Shown here in pieces: positions 37,131 through 49,983 of a stretch of DNA of 64,000 nt. The stretch comes from Lama guanicoe (Eukaryota). Every line of letters starts with the position of its first letter. Positions within the stretch are counted from its first letter, which is position 1. The stretch spans positions 3,502,123 through 3,566,122 of the forward strand of contig MU053557.1 in the NCBI GenBank assembly GCA_013239625.1, written 5' to 3'. A program made the translations under genes and the position numbers. The notes beneath the pieces were generated by a model. The model searched no databases and had not been told where the DNA came from. It worked only from the letters and a program-made list of their open reading frames with translations.

Positions 37131-38487
37131 TTGAGTAATACACGTGTACACTGGTGTTCTTGAAGACCCAGATTTATACCTTGTTCATTTCTGTGTCTCC
37201 AGTGCCTACTGTGGTCATTCATTGGTTTCTTCAGTCTTTTATTTATTCAACCATTGCTATAATCCAAATATTCATTGAGTCCCTACTATTGAAAAGCTCT
37301 GGCTTCAGTGCTAGGGAAATCGATATGATTTCTGCCCTTATGGAGTTTTTTCCCTTTTCATCTCAAATCATAATTTAAGTGGCAGTTTTGTTACTAATAG
37401 GAAGGTTCTGGTAGCCACTGTAAAGGAGCGGGGAGGTTAATATTTGAAAAAAATTTTTTCTTTGGTTTCACAACTAGTCTGAGGAGAGGGAATTGACTGG
37501 GATCTTGTGGCAGGAAATCTTTAGATAATAATAGCAGCTGTAAAACATTCGGGTTTAGATCCATCTGATGCCGAAGTCTGGGCTCCTTCTAAAACAGTGA
37601 TTGTTAAACATTTTGACTGTGGACCCAAAGTAAAAAATAAATTTTGTGTTATGGCCTAGTGTATGTGTACATATGTGTAGATGAATAAGATTGTTAAGAC
37701 ATAAAACTTAACCTTATTATATGTGATGATTCTTGGTACTTTTTATTCTGTCCTCTCTCATGGTTCCTCAATCCTGACTTGCAGTTTGAAAAACATTTCA
37801 CTGTGTGTGGTGAGATCCTGTGGATCCCATGCAATCATGTTTTTTTTTTAATTGTTATAAAATGTGGATAAAATTCTAGTTAGAAACTGGTCCTAAAATT
37901 GTGGTGGGAAATGGCTCTTCAGAGGCAACAAATTGAAGAGAACATGGAGAGACCAACCTGGCTCCAGGGACAGATCTGCCGTTTCAACTGTGATGTGGCT
38001 CTGGGTAAAGCATTTTCCTCAGCTATGAAAATGCATATCCGAATATATTTGTTTGGAGTGACCATAAACCTATAAAAGTAAATAAATATTGTACAAAAAT
38101 ATTATCTTCCATTTCCCCCGGAATAATAATTGCTAGCTGGTAATAATGTAACTCTTCCTGCCATGCATGGGAATAATGGATAATACATTTAGGTTTCATG
38201 TGATCAGTGTCTTGACAGAATAAATACTGCTTGCCCTGGGGGATGGATGGGCATTGGCTGGAACAACTCTGCTACTGAGCTACACTATTAGTCATGCTTA
38301 ATGTATTTACATGGCCTAGTCTTGTGTAAATCTCTCCTTCCTTCTTTCTACCTCTCTGTGTATATATCTCTATGCATATCATCCATCAAGAACTCAAGCA
38401 AATTTATTATGACCTATTCCCCTTTGTTTCAAGGACTAATTATTCACCTGAATAAAGAGCGGTAACAGACCATAAGAGAACTATTCT

Positions 38488-38749
38488 TTTTTTCTTTTTT
38501 TAACATTTTTTATTGATTTATAATCATTTTACAATGTTGTGTCAAATTCCAGTGTTCAGCACAATTTTTCAGCCATTCATGAACATATACACACTCATTG
38601 TCACATTTTTTTCTCTGTGATTTATCATAACATTTTGTGTATATTTCCCTGTGCTATACAGTGTAATCTTGTTTATCTATTCTACAATTTTGAAATCCCA
38701 GTCTATCCCTTCCCACCCTCTACCCCCCTGGTAACCACAAGTCTGTATG
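38488..38749 (-). mobile_element. Young L1 3' end with 14-bp TSD
   Basis: TSD AAGAGAACTATTCT at 38474-38487 and 38750-38763; polyT head. Confidence 0.93.
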
Positions 38750-38977
38750 AAGAGAACTATTCTAATGGATGCTGATAATACTTGCTGGAATGGCAGTATT
38801 GGGTGGGCATCTGTTGATTTTCACACCTTATGCCCAAGATTTGACTAATAAGAAAAATGACAGAAACTGGAGATACTGTCTAGTATATTTAGCCTGACAT
38901 TTGAAGACTTCTTTGACTTAGCTGCATCTTAACTCTTTAATCTTACTTTTTATTATTCAGGGACCTTTATGACTTTT

Positions 38978-39456
38978 TTTTTTAACTTTTTTTTATTGCA
39001 TTATAGTCATTTTACAATGTTGTGTCAAATTCCAGTGTAGAGCACAATTTTTCAGTTATACATAAGCATACATATATTCATTGTCACTTTTTTTTCACTG
39101 TGAGGTACCACAAGATCTTGTATATATTTCCCTGTGCTATACAGTATAATCTTGTTTATCTATTCTACATTTTGAAATCTGTCTGTCTCTTTCCACCCCC
39201 CATCTCTTTGGCAACTACAAGTTTGTATTCTATACCTATGAGTCTGTTTCTGGTTTGTATTTATGTTCTTTTCTTTTTTTTTTTTGATTCCAATATGAGC
39301 CATCTCATATGGTATTTTTCTTTCTCTTTCTGGCTTACTTCACTTAGAATCACATTCTATAGGAACATCCATGTTGCTGCAAATGGTGTTATGTTGTTGG
39401 TTTTTATGGCTGAATAGTATTCCGTTGTATAAATATACCACATTTTCTTTATCCAG
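38978..39456 (-). mobile_element. Young L1 3' end with 14-bp TSD
   Basis: TSD CCTTTATGACTTTT at 38964-38977 and 39457-39470. Confidence 0.93.
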
Positions 39457-39844
39457 CCTTTATGACTTTTCTTAAATGATCCCTTCTTTTCCCTTTACTG
39501 CTTATTCTCCATACAGGCTCTGATGATTTTAATTGTACCCATTCTCTAAAGCTTGGCTAAAATATCTGGGATGCTTGATTCAACTAGTAATGATTCTCTG
39601 TCCTCTTTTGATCTTTCACAGCCATTTGTAAAGCTATCACTTAATAATTTTAAAAATTTAGTCATCATCATCAGTATAATTATAACTACTGTGGCTGAAA
39701 ATTTTCAAAACTTTTATGCCAGGCACTGTGGTATTTCTTATTTCCATTGTTAAAAAACCCAACAGCATTATTATGTCCATTTTACAAATAGAAAACTGAG
39801 GCACAGAAATTTCAGTTTTTCTGGTCATAGAGATCAAATACTGC

Positions 39845-39935
39845 CATATATATGTCTATATATATTCACACATATATCTGTGTATCTGTGTATATATGTA
39901 TATATGTAGATATATAGTATGTATAATGTATATCT
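39845..39935. repeat. Degenerate (TA/TG)n low-complexity tract
   Basis: Read directly from the sequence. Confidence 0.8.
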
Positions 39936-42282
39936 GATATCTGACTTAAAATCTCGTTTGTTCTTCCTAATACACTTCTCGATGTCCTACCACTTCTCGC
40001 TTTGAAGTATTTATTTGTGCATTTGAGCTTAGTGTCATGGTTAGAGCAGTAGCTTAAACTTCAAGAGGCCTCGGTTCCTAGGTTCCTAATTTAATATTGC
40101 CACCAACAACCTGTATGATTTGCAATGTCTCTTTACTCTACTAGCTTCAGTTTCCTTTAGATATACAAGTATTTTCTCCTACTGAGTGTATAATATTTTC
40201 AGCCTCTCAGTGATATCTTGTAATGAACAAAGGTCCTTTATTTTACCAGAATCTAATTTAACGATCTTTTCCTTTGTTGTTAGTGGGGTTTTGTTTTGGA
40301 TTTTTTTTTTTTGGTTTCCTGTTTAAGAACATTTCACTTGCCCCAAGATTATGAAGATATTCTATACAATTCTAGAAGCTCTACAATCCATTGTAATTAA
40401 TTTTTGTGGATGATGTAACTAGGCATCAAGATTCGATTTATTTTCATGTGTTTGTTGTGGACAGAAGCCCATTTTCAGTTATTGGAACTATCATTTCCCC
40501 CATCACAATGCAGTGTCACTCTTATCAGAAACCATTGGCCAGAAACCATTGTGAGTAAATTTTTGTATCCTCTTCTCTTCTGTCTATCCTTGCTTAGATA
40601 CCAGACTGGATTTTTTTATGTAATGTGTTTTTCTCCCTATGTAACGAATACCTGCTTGCCCCTCACAGATGCATACCTTTGTTTTCTATTATGCACAGTG
40701 GATGGCAGCCTTCCCCTCTGTTATGTCTTGTTTTTGTTCTTGAGTAATGTTTCGTGACTTTGTAAAGACCCATCCTATATCTGTGGGAAATCCACCCTGA
40801 CCCATCTCTCACGCTACTTTGGTCTCATTGAAATAGATCTTTAACTGATACCACTGAGCATCTAACTGGAGTTGAAATATTCTTCTCTTTCTTGGGCTTA
40901 TTTTTTAATAGTCAAAGAATGTTGAAGGCAGTGGAGATAAAACCTTGGTTCTTAGGCGTCAGTGAGGGACTGATCTTACGTACTTCTCAGTGTTCCAGTC
41001 GACTGGTTTTTTAACATCATCATCAAAGTCTCATAGTTAAACTTAGAGAGCATGAATACTTTTTTTTAACAAAGTTTTAAGGCAAAGTAAATGTCAGCTG
41101 ATTATCTCAATATGTTTTTGAAGGGTTTGTAATTGTTCCTGAGAATAACCATCTTCATCATGGATTGGGAAGGGTAAGGAACACCTGTTCCATCTCTCAC
41201 GCTGATGTTTAAATCTCGTGTCTCTACCCATGGGAATCTAGCCAATGCTTAAACACTTCAGGTGACAGATAGGGATCGGCAGTTTCTTCTGTGGTGCTGA
41301 AACCTGTTCTGGAATTTCCCTCTGCTTATCTTCCTGCTTGACCTCAGATCAGTTCTGCTTTATTATCCCCATAATCCGCCTTCAAATATTTGTTAATACT
41401 GACTATAGTCCACTTTAAATACTCTCTTCCGTGAGATAACCCAGTCCATAAACTACTCATTTGGTATTGCTTCACGTTTTTCTTCCTCCAGATGGTTCCA
41501 TTTTGTCTTTGTTCTTTTTAAAGGGGGTTACCAGGAACGCTACTCCAGGATGGTTTAACCACTGCAGTGGCCTGTGGGACTGCTACCTCCTTCTCACTCT
41601 ATGCACTAAGCTAGACACAGTGATGTCTAAAGTCTTGTTGATTACCTTCCAACTCGAAGTTATACTTCTGTTTACTTTACTACACAAAATTTACCTGAAT
41701 CTTTTCCCCCCTCATAGGATTCTAAGTTTCTTTTTTCAAAAAAAAAAAAAAAAGGCTGTCCTTTGGCTGACACTCAGACTAACAATTCATCTGGGGAAAA
41801 TCTCACCACTTCCTTAGCGCATTGAAATTTTATAACTGGTATAATCTTTCATTCACCAAATACTTCTGTAAATTCATTATGTGTTAGGTGCTGGTAGAAG
41901 GAATATGTAAATTCCATTTAAAGTAAGTTAAAAAGTGAGCAGAATGTGAGAAAAATGGAGACAAAGAGAATGACATCTCAAGAAGTTTTGCATTAAATAG
42001 AGTAGGAGATAGGGCTGTTCCTGAAAGTGGACATGGGGTCAAAAAGGTTTTAAGATTGGAAATAATGTACTTAAATATGAATTTCTGAATACAACTATCA
42101 GGCTCATTCTGAACACTCTTTCCTGCAGATTCTAAAGATTAGTTCCTTAAATCATTTACCAGAATAGCAAGAAAACAATGTCACAAACCCTCTAATAGAA
42201 CCTTCCAGTATTCAACACATGAAAGGCAAGTGATAAGTACTTAGCGTTGGGTAGTAAAAGAAGAGTAACAATTGACATAATC

Positions 42283-42478
42283 TTTTTTCTACTGCAATGT
42301 AAGTGACATAAAACATTATATTAGTTCCAGGTGTACAACACAATGATTTCACATTTTTATACATTGCAAAATGATCACCACAGTAAGTCTGGTTACCATG
42401 TGTCACCATATAAATTTGCACATTTTTTTTTCTTTGTAGTAAGAGCTTTTGAGATTTACTCTCTTAGCAACTTTCCAG
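42283..42478 (-). mobile_element. Older L1 3' end fragment
   Basis: ACATTATATTAGTTCCAGGTGTACAAC...GATTTACTCTCTTAGCAACTTTC. Confidence 0.75.
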
Positions 42479-43384
42479 ACAATCATATTTTTGGTTAAAG
42501 GACTTCTGAGATCAAAAGGCCCTCTGGAACTCAACAGGAAATTTCTTCCAGCACTGGAAATCCTAGTAGGGTATTTCCAAATAACAGTTATTAAAGAAGC
42601 ACCTTTCAGTGTCGTGTGAATAGTCTTCCTGCTTTGGCTGCTACTGTGGATACATAGCTAGATTAATGGTGCTCTGCTAGGCAGAAAGAGTTGCTCACTT
42701 TTCTCTGCAAACCCTGCACTTATGCACACGTCTATTATAGAACATTACACTGCAAATTCTAATTTTTCATTTTTCTTCTCACTTCTGCTAGACTAAACTC
42801 CTGGAGGTCATGACTTCTTTTTTTCCCCCTGTCTCCAGAGACAAGCACACTGTTCAATCTAGAAGCACCTGATAAAACGGGGCTAATCCATTCACGCTAA
42901 GCCTTGTGGGCGTAGTCAACTTGCATAAGTTTGCAAAGGAAGGGTAGAGGGAATCACATCACACACCAGACCACAAAATGCTGCAAAACAACACGTAGGC
43001 CTTTAGAACCAGCCTTACTCGGGAGTCTTTCTTGTCCATTTTCTCCCAAACAGAAGCCTAATCCACAAGTGTTTGGTTGCTCCTTCTCTTTTCTACCCCC
43101 TCTACTCAAGAACAAAACTACCAACTTCCTTCCTTGGTTAAAACAGGACCAAATGACACCTAGATCCTTAAGATATCACACCCAACAAATTCTTTTCCCA
43201 ATGAAGACAGTTTTTCCGCTAAGATAAATTCTGGTGCCAGCTCTTAAGATAATCGCATTTCCAGAATGTTACATAATGATTGAGATTCCGGTCTTTGGAG
43301 AATGACAGACCTCATTTCAAATCTCTGCCTGTGTGACTTTGAGCTAAACTTCACATCTATCACCCTCAGTTTTCACAATTTTTT

Positions 43385-43686
43385 CTCCAAAACCCCTGGC
43401 TGCCAGGTGAGTTTTGGAGTTCAGAATTTTTGTTTAATTTTAGGAGAGTCATTATGATGCACATACTGTTCATTACAGAAAGCTCAGTGGTGTCTGGAGC
43501 AGCACCCTCGAGTCAAGCCCACTAGTAATCCTGTAGCAAAACACATAAAGAAAATAAATAGCCTGAAATCATCTCTTGACAGATTTTACTGTCACACAAG
43601 TTACAAAGTAAAGCAAAAAAAAAAAAACTTTTGATTTTCAGAACTCTGTTTGGTTTGGAATTATGAATTCGGGACTGTGGACCTAT
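43385..43686. mobile_element. Tigger-type DNA transposon fossil (MER46C-like) inside a MIR
   Basis: GGAGTTCAGAATTTTT...GATTTTCAGAACT...GGGACTGTGGACCTAT; MIR-like halves at ~43280-43380 and ~43690-43780. Confidence 0.5.
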
Positions 43687-44842
43687 ACCTACATGGAGTT
43701 GTGAAGAATAAAGAGGTTAACGCACGTGAAGCTCATAGCTCAGATCATGACGCTAAAGGCTGAGTAAATGGTTACTGTTACTACTGCTGCCGCCACACTA
43801 GCTCACCTCAAACTTGGGGTCAACTTCTCACCCTTTCTCTTTTCTCTGATTGGTAAAATCTATCTCCAACTTATAGGAAACTTCTGAACTGCTCTTGCAC
43901 TAACTTGTTTTAAAAAGAGGCAAGCCATCAGTGTTGGAGACCGCCTCTGTTGGGCCCAGAGTGGTTGTGACCACCTCCCATCCACGTTTCCTCATTTATA
44001 GAGCCCCGAGTCTCACTTTTCTGCAGTATTGCTCTTCTCCCAGCCTGGAATTGATTCCTCTCCAGCAGTAATTAACTAAATGCTCAGGTAAGAGAGGAGG
44101 AAACATTCCAGTTGAGAAATGTAAATGCTTACCGAAGAGAAGAAAATGTTCTTGTGATACATGGAAACCAAAGAAAAAAGCTGTAGCTAATGGTAGAGAC
44201 ATGTATCTAGGGACACAAGATCAATACATAACTAACCACTTTTCAAATAAGGAAACGTAGGGTAGGTATGGAACAAGCACAGGAAGAAGGAGAGAATGTG
44301 AAGGAAATGAAAACAGTTGGAGTAGATTCTGGCTTCTGGTCCTACTATTCTCAAACTAACCTCTCATATTTTATTAATGAATTCATTCTTGCCAATTCAA
44401 ATAACCTTTCCTTAGTCTTTTCCACATCTCTACATACATGGTTTATGTCTCTAGACTTTACCTGGCTTCATTCTATCATGGAAATTTTCCATTGATGCCC
44501 TGACATCATTTCAAACACTTTACCAAACACACCTGATCATCTTTCCTGTCAACCTGCCTTCTCCCTATTTCTGTTCTCCTGAGAGCACCATCATCATTAT
44601 TTCAAATCCTAGGCTTCAAACCCTTGATCCCTATCTCCCGTGGCCCTTGATCTAATCAACCACCAATTAGCCACATCCTTCTTTTTGTTTCTATTCTATC
44701 ACTCTGCTTCATGCCTGGGTTATTCCTGGGTCTCCTTTCATATGGGCTCTCCTGTTTGCTGCATGCTGTGCAACTAATAGTTCTAAAAAAGTACGAGACC
44801 TAGATTATGACTTGGTTCATCCACTCATCAACTGTAATTTCT

Positions 44843-45145
44843 GGGGAAAAGGGGTAGGAAGGGATTAATTTGGGAGTTTGAGATTTGCAAATTTTAGCCA
44901 CTATATATAAAAACAGATTTTAAAAAAAATTTCTTCTGTATAGCACAGGGAACTATATTCAGTATCTTGTAGTAACCTTTTTGAAAAAGAATATGAAAAC
45001 GAATATATGTATGTGTATGCATGACTGGGACTGTGTGCTGTACACTAGAAATTGACACATTGTAACTGACTGTACTTCAGTTAAAAACAAAAAACAAACA
45101 AAAAGCCAAACCAAACAAAAAACAAAAACAAAATAAACAAAAAAA
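44843..45145 (+). mobile_element. Young L1 3' end with CAAA-rich tail
   Basis: Shared L1 3'UTR; TSD TGTAATTTCT at 44833-44842 and 45146-45155. Confidence 0.9.
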
Positions 45146-45344
45146 TGTAATTTCTTTCCCCTCTCTGTCCCACCAGTTTCCTTTGTCCCCTAACACAGTT
45201 ACCAAGCCATGTTGAACCAAGTTTCCAAATCTTGACTCTGTTCTCTTCTGACCCTGTGTCTCTCTGTGGAGACCTCCCTAATTCAGACCATGATCAACTC
45301 ACTGAGAGTCTCCTCACTGTTCCCAATACATCCTGCTATTTCTT

Positions 45345-46790
45345 TAAGCAAACTTTTTATTTTAGGATAGTTGTAGACATAAGGAAATGTTGAAACGACA
45401 GTACAAAGTCCGTGTGTACCCCTCATCTGGCTTTCCCAGTTGTTACATTATCTTGATACATTTGTCAAAACTAAGAAACAGCACTGGAGTGTTTCTATTA
45501 ACTGAACTTTATAGACTTTATTCAGATTTCACGACTTTCTTCTGCTGATGTCCTTTTCCTGTCCCAGGGTCTTGTCCAGGATACTCCATTACATTTACTA
45601 CTCATGTTTCCTTGATCTCCTGTGGTCTGAGACAGTTCCTCAGTTATTCCTTGTAAGTATACCTGGTTTATTCCTGCCCATGCTTTGTGGAGGACTAGCC
45701 AGGTATTTTTTAGAATGTCCCTCGGTTTGGGTTCGTTTGTATGTTTCTCATGGTCAGACTGGAGCTGTGGATTTTAGGGAAAGCATCACAGAGATACCCT
45801 TCTCACCACATACTGCATATTGTGGGTACATGCTATTAACATGACTTACTGCTCATGATGTTGAACATGGTCACCTGGTTCAGGCAGTGCCTGCCAATTT
45901 CCTCAACTACAAAGTGATCTTTTACCCCCTTTTCATAGTCTATTATTTGGAACAAAGTCATTAAGTGCAACCCACAACAGGGAGAAGAGAAGTTTGATCT
46001 TTTTTGAAGGGGAATAATCTATATAAATTATATTGAATTCCTCTATAAGGAATATTTGTTTCTTCTCTCATATTTTTTCATTCGTGTATCCAATAATTAG
46101 TTTATATCAGTACTGTCAGGGAGGGAGAAATCTCCCCCTCTGTCCCTTTTGAGTTCTTATGCCTGGACCAATAATAAAATTGACACAAGAGAAAAAGAAA
46201 CAAAATTTATGTACATGGAGGTCTCATAGAAATGGAACCTAAGACATGGCCGAAGTAGGCAGCTTTTATACTTTTTAGACAAAGAAACAATAAATTTGTG
46301 AAGAATTGACAGGACAAAGAAACTTAGGTCTTGGGTACCCAATTAGTGAAGAATCTAAACAGAGCTTGGGCTTGGGGTGGTAAATAAGTAACGAGGTTTA
46401 TTTACATAGGCTTCTTGGCCCAAATTCCCTATCTCTGGTGATAAGGGTGTCCTTCTACTTCCAGATGCTGGAAGTGCACCTTTCACATGGGAGATTATTT
46501 CCTGCTTTCAGGGAGACAGAGGAAGGTCAAAGTGTTCTTCTTGAACGGCCATTTCTTAAGTAACTGTAATTCAAAACAATCAATTTGCCATTATGGTGTA
46601 TTTTGGGATGACCTGCCCTGAGCCCCAACAGTCTAAATACTGATATAAATAAGTACAAAGTCTCAAGGATATTTATGTTATATTTTGGTTATAATCCAAT
46701 ATTATATGCTATTGATTTTGTTCATCAAATCGTTCTAGGTTTTGCCATTGGGGGTAATTTCAGTTTGGCTCCGATAGCTCTACGGTATGC
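45345..46790 (-). mobile_element. Old L1 (L1MC/L1MD-like) 3' region interrupted by an LTR
   Basis: Old L1 3'UTR motifs (TACATTTGTCAAAACTAAGAAAC; GGTTATAATCCAATA; TTGCCATTGGG). Confidence 0.7.
46114..46630 (-). mobile_element. ERV1-type solo LTR
   Basis: TGTCAGG...CCCCAACA termini; similar to 53099-53586; possible TSD GTAC displaced by a 22-bp filler. Confidence 0.8.
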
Positions 46791-47409
46791 TGTCTCCTTT
46801 CTCTCTCTCTTTCTCTCTTTCTTTCTCCAAAAAGTCAAGAAAGCAGTCTAAATGGTCATACAGTTCAGGTCCAACACCTTGGGATAGCTGTCTACTTTTG
46901 ATGTTATCTTCTCATCCTGGTATGGATGTTGCTTCAACGTGAGTTTGAGGTCATCAGTCCTCTCTATAAACCAGTCCAGTGCAGGGGCCTTTTTAAGTGA
47001 AAAATTTGAATCCATGAGTCAATTCCCTTCAGTTTTGCTGTTCGTGAGCTAGCTTAGAGTACCTGATAAGGGGTCCTTTTATCTGGGTGGAAGACATTCC
47101 TTTAAATGATGCCTCTTCCAGTGTACATAATCTCCTGGTTGCAGGTTGTGGGTCATCTGGTCTTCATCCAAAGATTGATTAATGTGATAATCTTCAGAAA
47201 TAAGCTCAGAATGTCCTTTCAATAATTCAATTAAACTTTACAATAATACAACATAGGAATAAGAAACTACCTAGGAAGTAAGCCATAGGCAGATAAACTC
47301 TCAAAGACAATTAAAACTAGAATTTAATATCCACTGAAACATAATTTTTTTCTCTTTAAAATTACCCTCATTTCTACCAAATATAGCCAAATTAAGACTG
47401 ATTTGTTTG

Positions 47410-47594
47410 GTGGGGGAGGGTATAGCTCAGTGGTAGAGTGCCTGCCTAGTATGTGCGAGGTCCTGGGTTCAATCCCCAGTACCTCCATTAAAACAAACAA
47501 ATAAACAAACAAACAAACAAACCTAATCCCACCCCCCCAAAAAGAAAGATGGGACATAATCACTAACCTTACAAGAAAATTAAAGGATTATATA
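47410..47594 (+). mobile_element. tRNA-derived camelid SINE (Vic-1-like) with extra 3' segment
   Basis: A box TAGCTCAGTGG, B box GGTTCAATCC, AAAC tail; 17-bp TSD TAAGACTGATTTGTTTG / TAAGACTAATTTGTTTG (47393-47409 / 47595-47611). Confidence 0.92.
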
Positions 47595-49983
47595 TAAGAC
47601 TAATTTGTTTGCAAAATAATTCTGGCTTTTAATAAACTTGGTCTGATTATTTACATAAGTGTAATTGATCTTATAGGCTCTTTTTAATTGCTAGAACTTT
47701 TCATAAGGAATCTCAGATTGAACTTGTAAAAGATCTCTCAAGTCCTGGAGAGCCATGCCAAGGACTTATCAGATTTCACCTGCAACTTCTACAGATTTGG
47801 GTGAGTTCCTCTCTTCTCAAGGTTCTCAAAATCTTTTGAGGTTCCTGCACCTGCCGGAAAGTAACCTTTCTTATTTACCTAGTAAGGTTTCTGGGAACCC
47901 AGTAAGTAATGTGCCAGGCTGTTTTTCCAACAGGCTTTATGGCTCCATAAAATCCACCTTAGTTATTTAAAGCTGTCTGGTCTTACCTGATTCTATGCAC
48001 ATTCTCAAATATGACATTACAGTCAAAGCCATGGTAATATGACCAATATTTCCAGTTATGTCCTGTTATAAGGAAAACAGATTCTTGTTAAACTTATGCA
48101 AATAACTGTATTGCCATGAAAATAATTAACAGTTTCTAAATTGTTGAGGTATCAGGTAGAGAGAAAAGATAGTTTCAATTCTGCTTACAGAGTTGTAATT
48201 TACCAAATTGCTTTAAGCCATAATTAGCTTGAGGGGAAAGGTTTCCTTGTATCTGGAACAAAGATTAAAGCCAGTAATATTTCAGAAAAAAAAGTCATAA
48301 AAATTATCATTCAGCCCTATGTAACTAATTCTTGTTGATCTTGATCTTCTATTAACAGTTTTATGAAGCCACCAGGTTTTCCATTAGAATTCTTTAATTT
48401 ATCACCAAGTTCAGCAGTATGATCTGAAAGTTATCAGAAACCAGTATTTATCAGAAAGTCCTTTCTATGGTTCTTCAAGATGAAGCATTTTTGCAGAATC
48501 ATCAGAGTAAAATAGTAACTGTCTATAAATGACGAAAGACTTAAAAAGTCATGGTTAAAGAGCTGATTACTATGCATTTGTCAAAGGAATTTGGTTATGA
48601 CATACAATATTAAAATATTAGGTAGAATTATGACTGATAACATTATACCAGGACACATTCAATTATTAGAAATTCCGTATAACTTCTAGAACCTTTATAT
48701 TAATGATATTTCCTCATAAAATAAAACCTAAGAAGGTTTATTACCGTGCATTTGACAATGTGTCCCATGTAATTTAATATACTAAAGAAGACTAATAAGT
48801 TTAACATCTCTGGGATGCTTCAGTGGCTTCTGAAGCATCTCAAAGTTAGCTGGTGGTCAAAAGATCTTCATTTAGAATTTGATTTGAAGAAGTTTATCAA
48901 AAATATCAAAAGGTTTTAAAACACTTGGTCAAATAGGATCATATGTCACTGTGAAATAATATTTATTCATTTAGCCTAGTGACAATAAAAGATTTCAAAG
49001 GCAAAGACAGAAAATTATAAAAGATTACTTAAACGATAAAGAAACCTTACATTCTGTTATCAAAAGCAGATCAGTAGTCCAAGAAAACTTCGTTCTCTTA
49101 ACAGAGAGAAAACCTAATTCTAATTTTATACCACTCTACTTTTAATATTAAAATTTATTCCAGTCCTAGCCAGTTCTGATCACAAATAAAATTCCTTTCA
49201 CAGGATTTCTTTTCCCCCAAACTTCCATAACTTCCCTCTTCACCTTCAGATTCCATCCTTTTCTCTTTTTTTCTCTTTTTAACCTCTTTTTAGAACAAAA
49301 TCACCTTATTTTCCCTTAACAAAATGCATCTCCATTCCTTACTCCTCCTTTTGTTTGCATAGTGTTTTCCGTATTATTTCCTATTTCATGTTTAGTTAGA
49401 ATCCTTAACCTTTAAAAACCTTAATTTCTAATATAAACTAAGAAGTAAGCAATTATGAACTGTCTTCTACATTAGCATTCTGTAGAATGACAAACTTAAA
49501 AATGCTGTTTATAATTTCTAAAAACATGTTCTTTCTTACAGAAAATGTCTGTGTGGTACAAAACATTTTTATTAATAGTCCTAAATATCTTTAGTTTCTC
49601 TATGAGAGGAAGTCTGTGTTCAGTAATACTTCAGTATCTTACTTTATTTGGGAATGATCTAGATATTCAATAGACTTTCATCATTTAACTTAATTTAGTA
49701 AAATTCTAAATTTTCAGGTCACCAAAAATCTGGAGAAATTACTTTTAAGTAGACATACTGTAAAACATAATTATTCTTACTAGTTCACCTGAAAAACTCT
49801 TACCCCATTTATATCTATTGAAATCACTTATTCCCAAGATTATATTTAGATTACCTATAAAAACTTCATGAGACATTAGACAAAGTCAACTCTCATCCCA
49901 AGTTACTTTTCTTTCTGACATATTTTATAAGAGATAACATGATCTTATTTAACTTTTAATTTTACTTAATTTTGGTTACTCTT

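Noticed and set aside
38539..39417. Paralogous small ORFs MSNSSV(Q/E)HNFS (also at 50053)
   Set aside because: Antisense translations of the same L1 3'UTR
40802..41203. 14-bp direct repeat CCATCTCTCACGCT about 390 bp apart (possible TSD of an unknown insert)
   Set aside because: No polyA tail or terminal repeats between the copies; cannot be distinguished from chance
47412..47487. tRNA-Ala-like gene
   Set aside because: Has a SINE tail, a TSD and a second copy at 12708-12792; it is a tRNA-derived SINE
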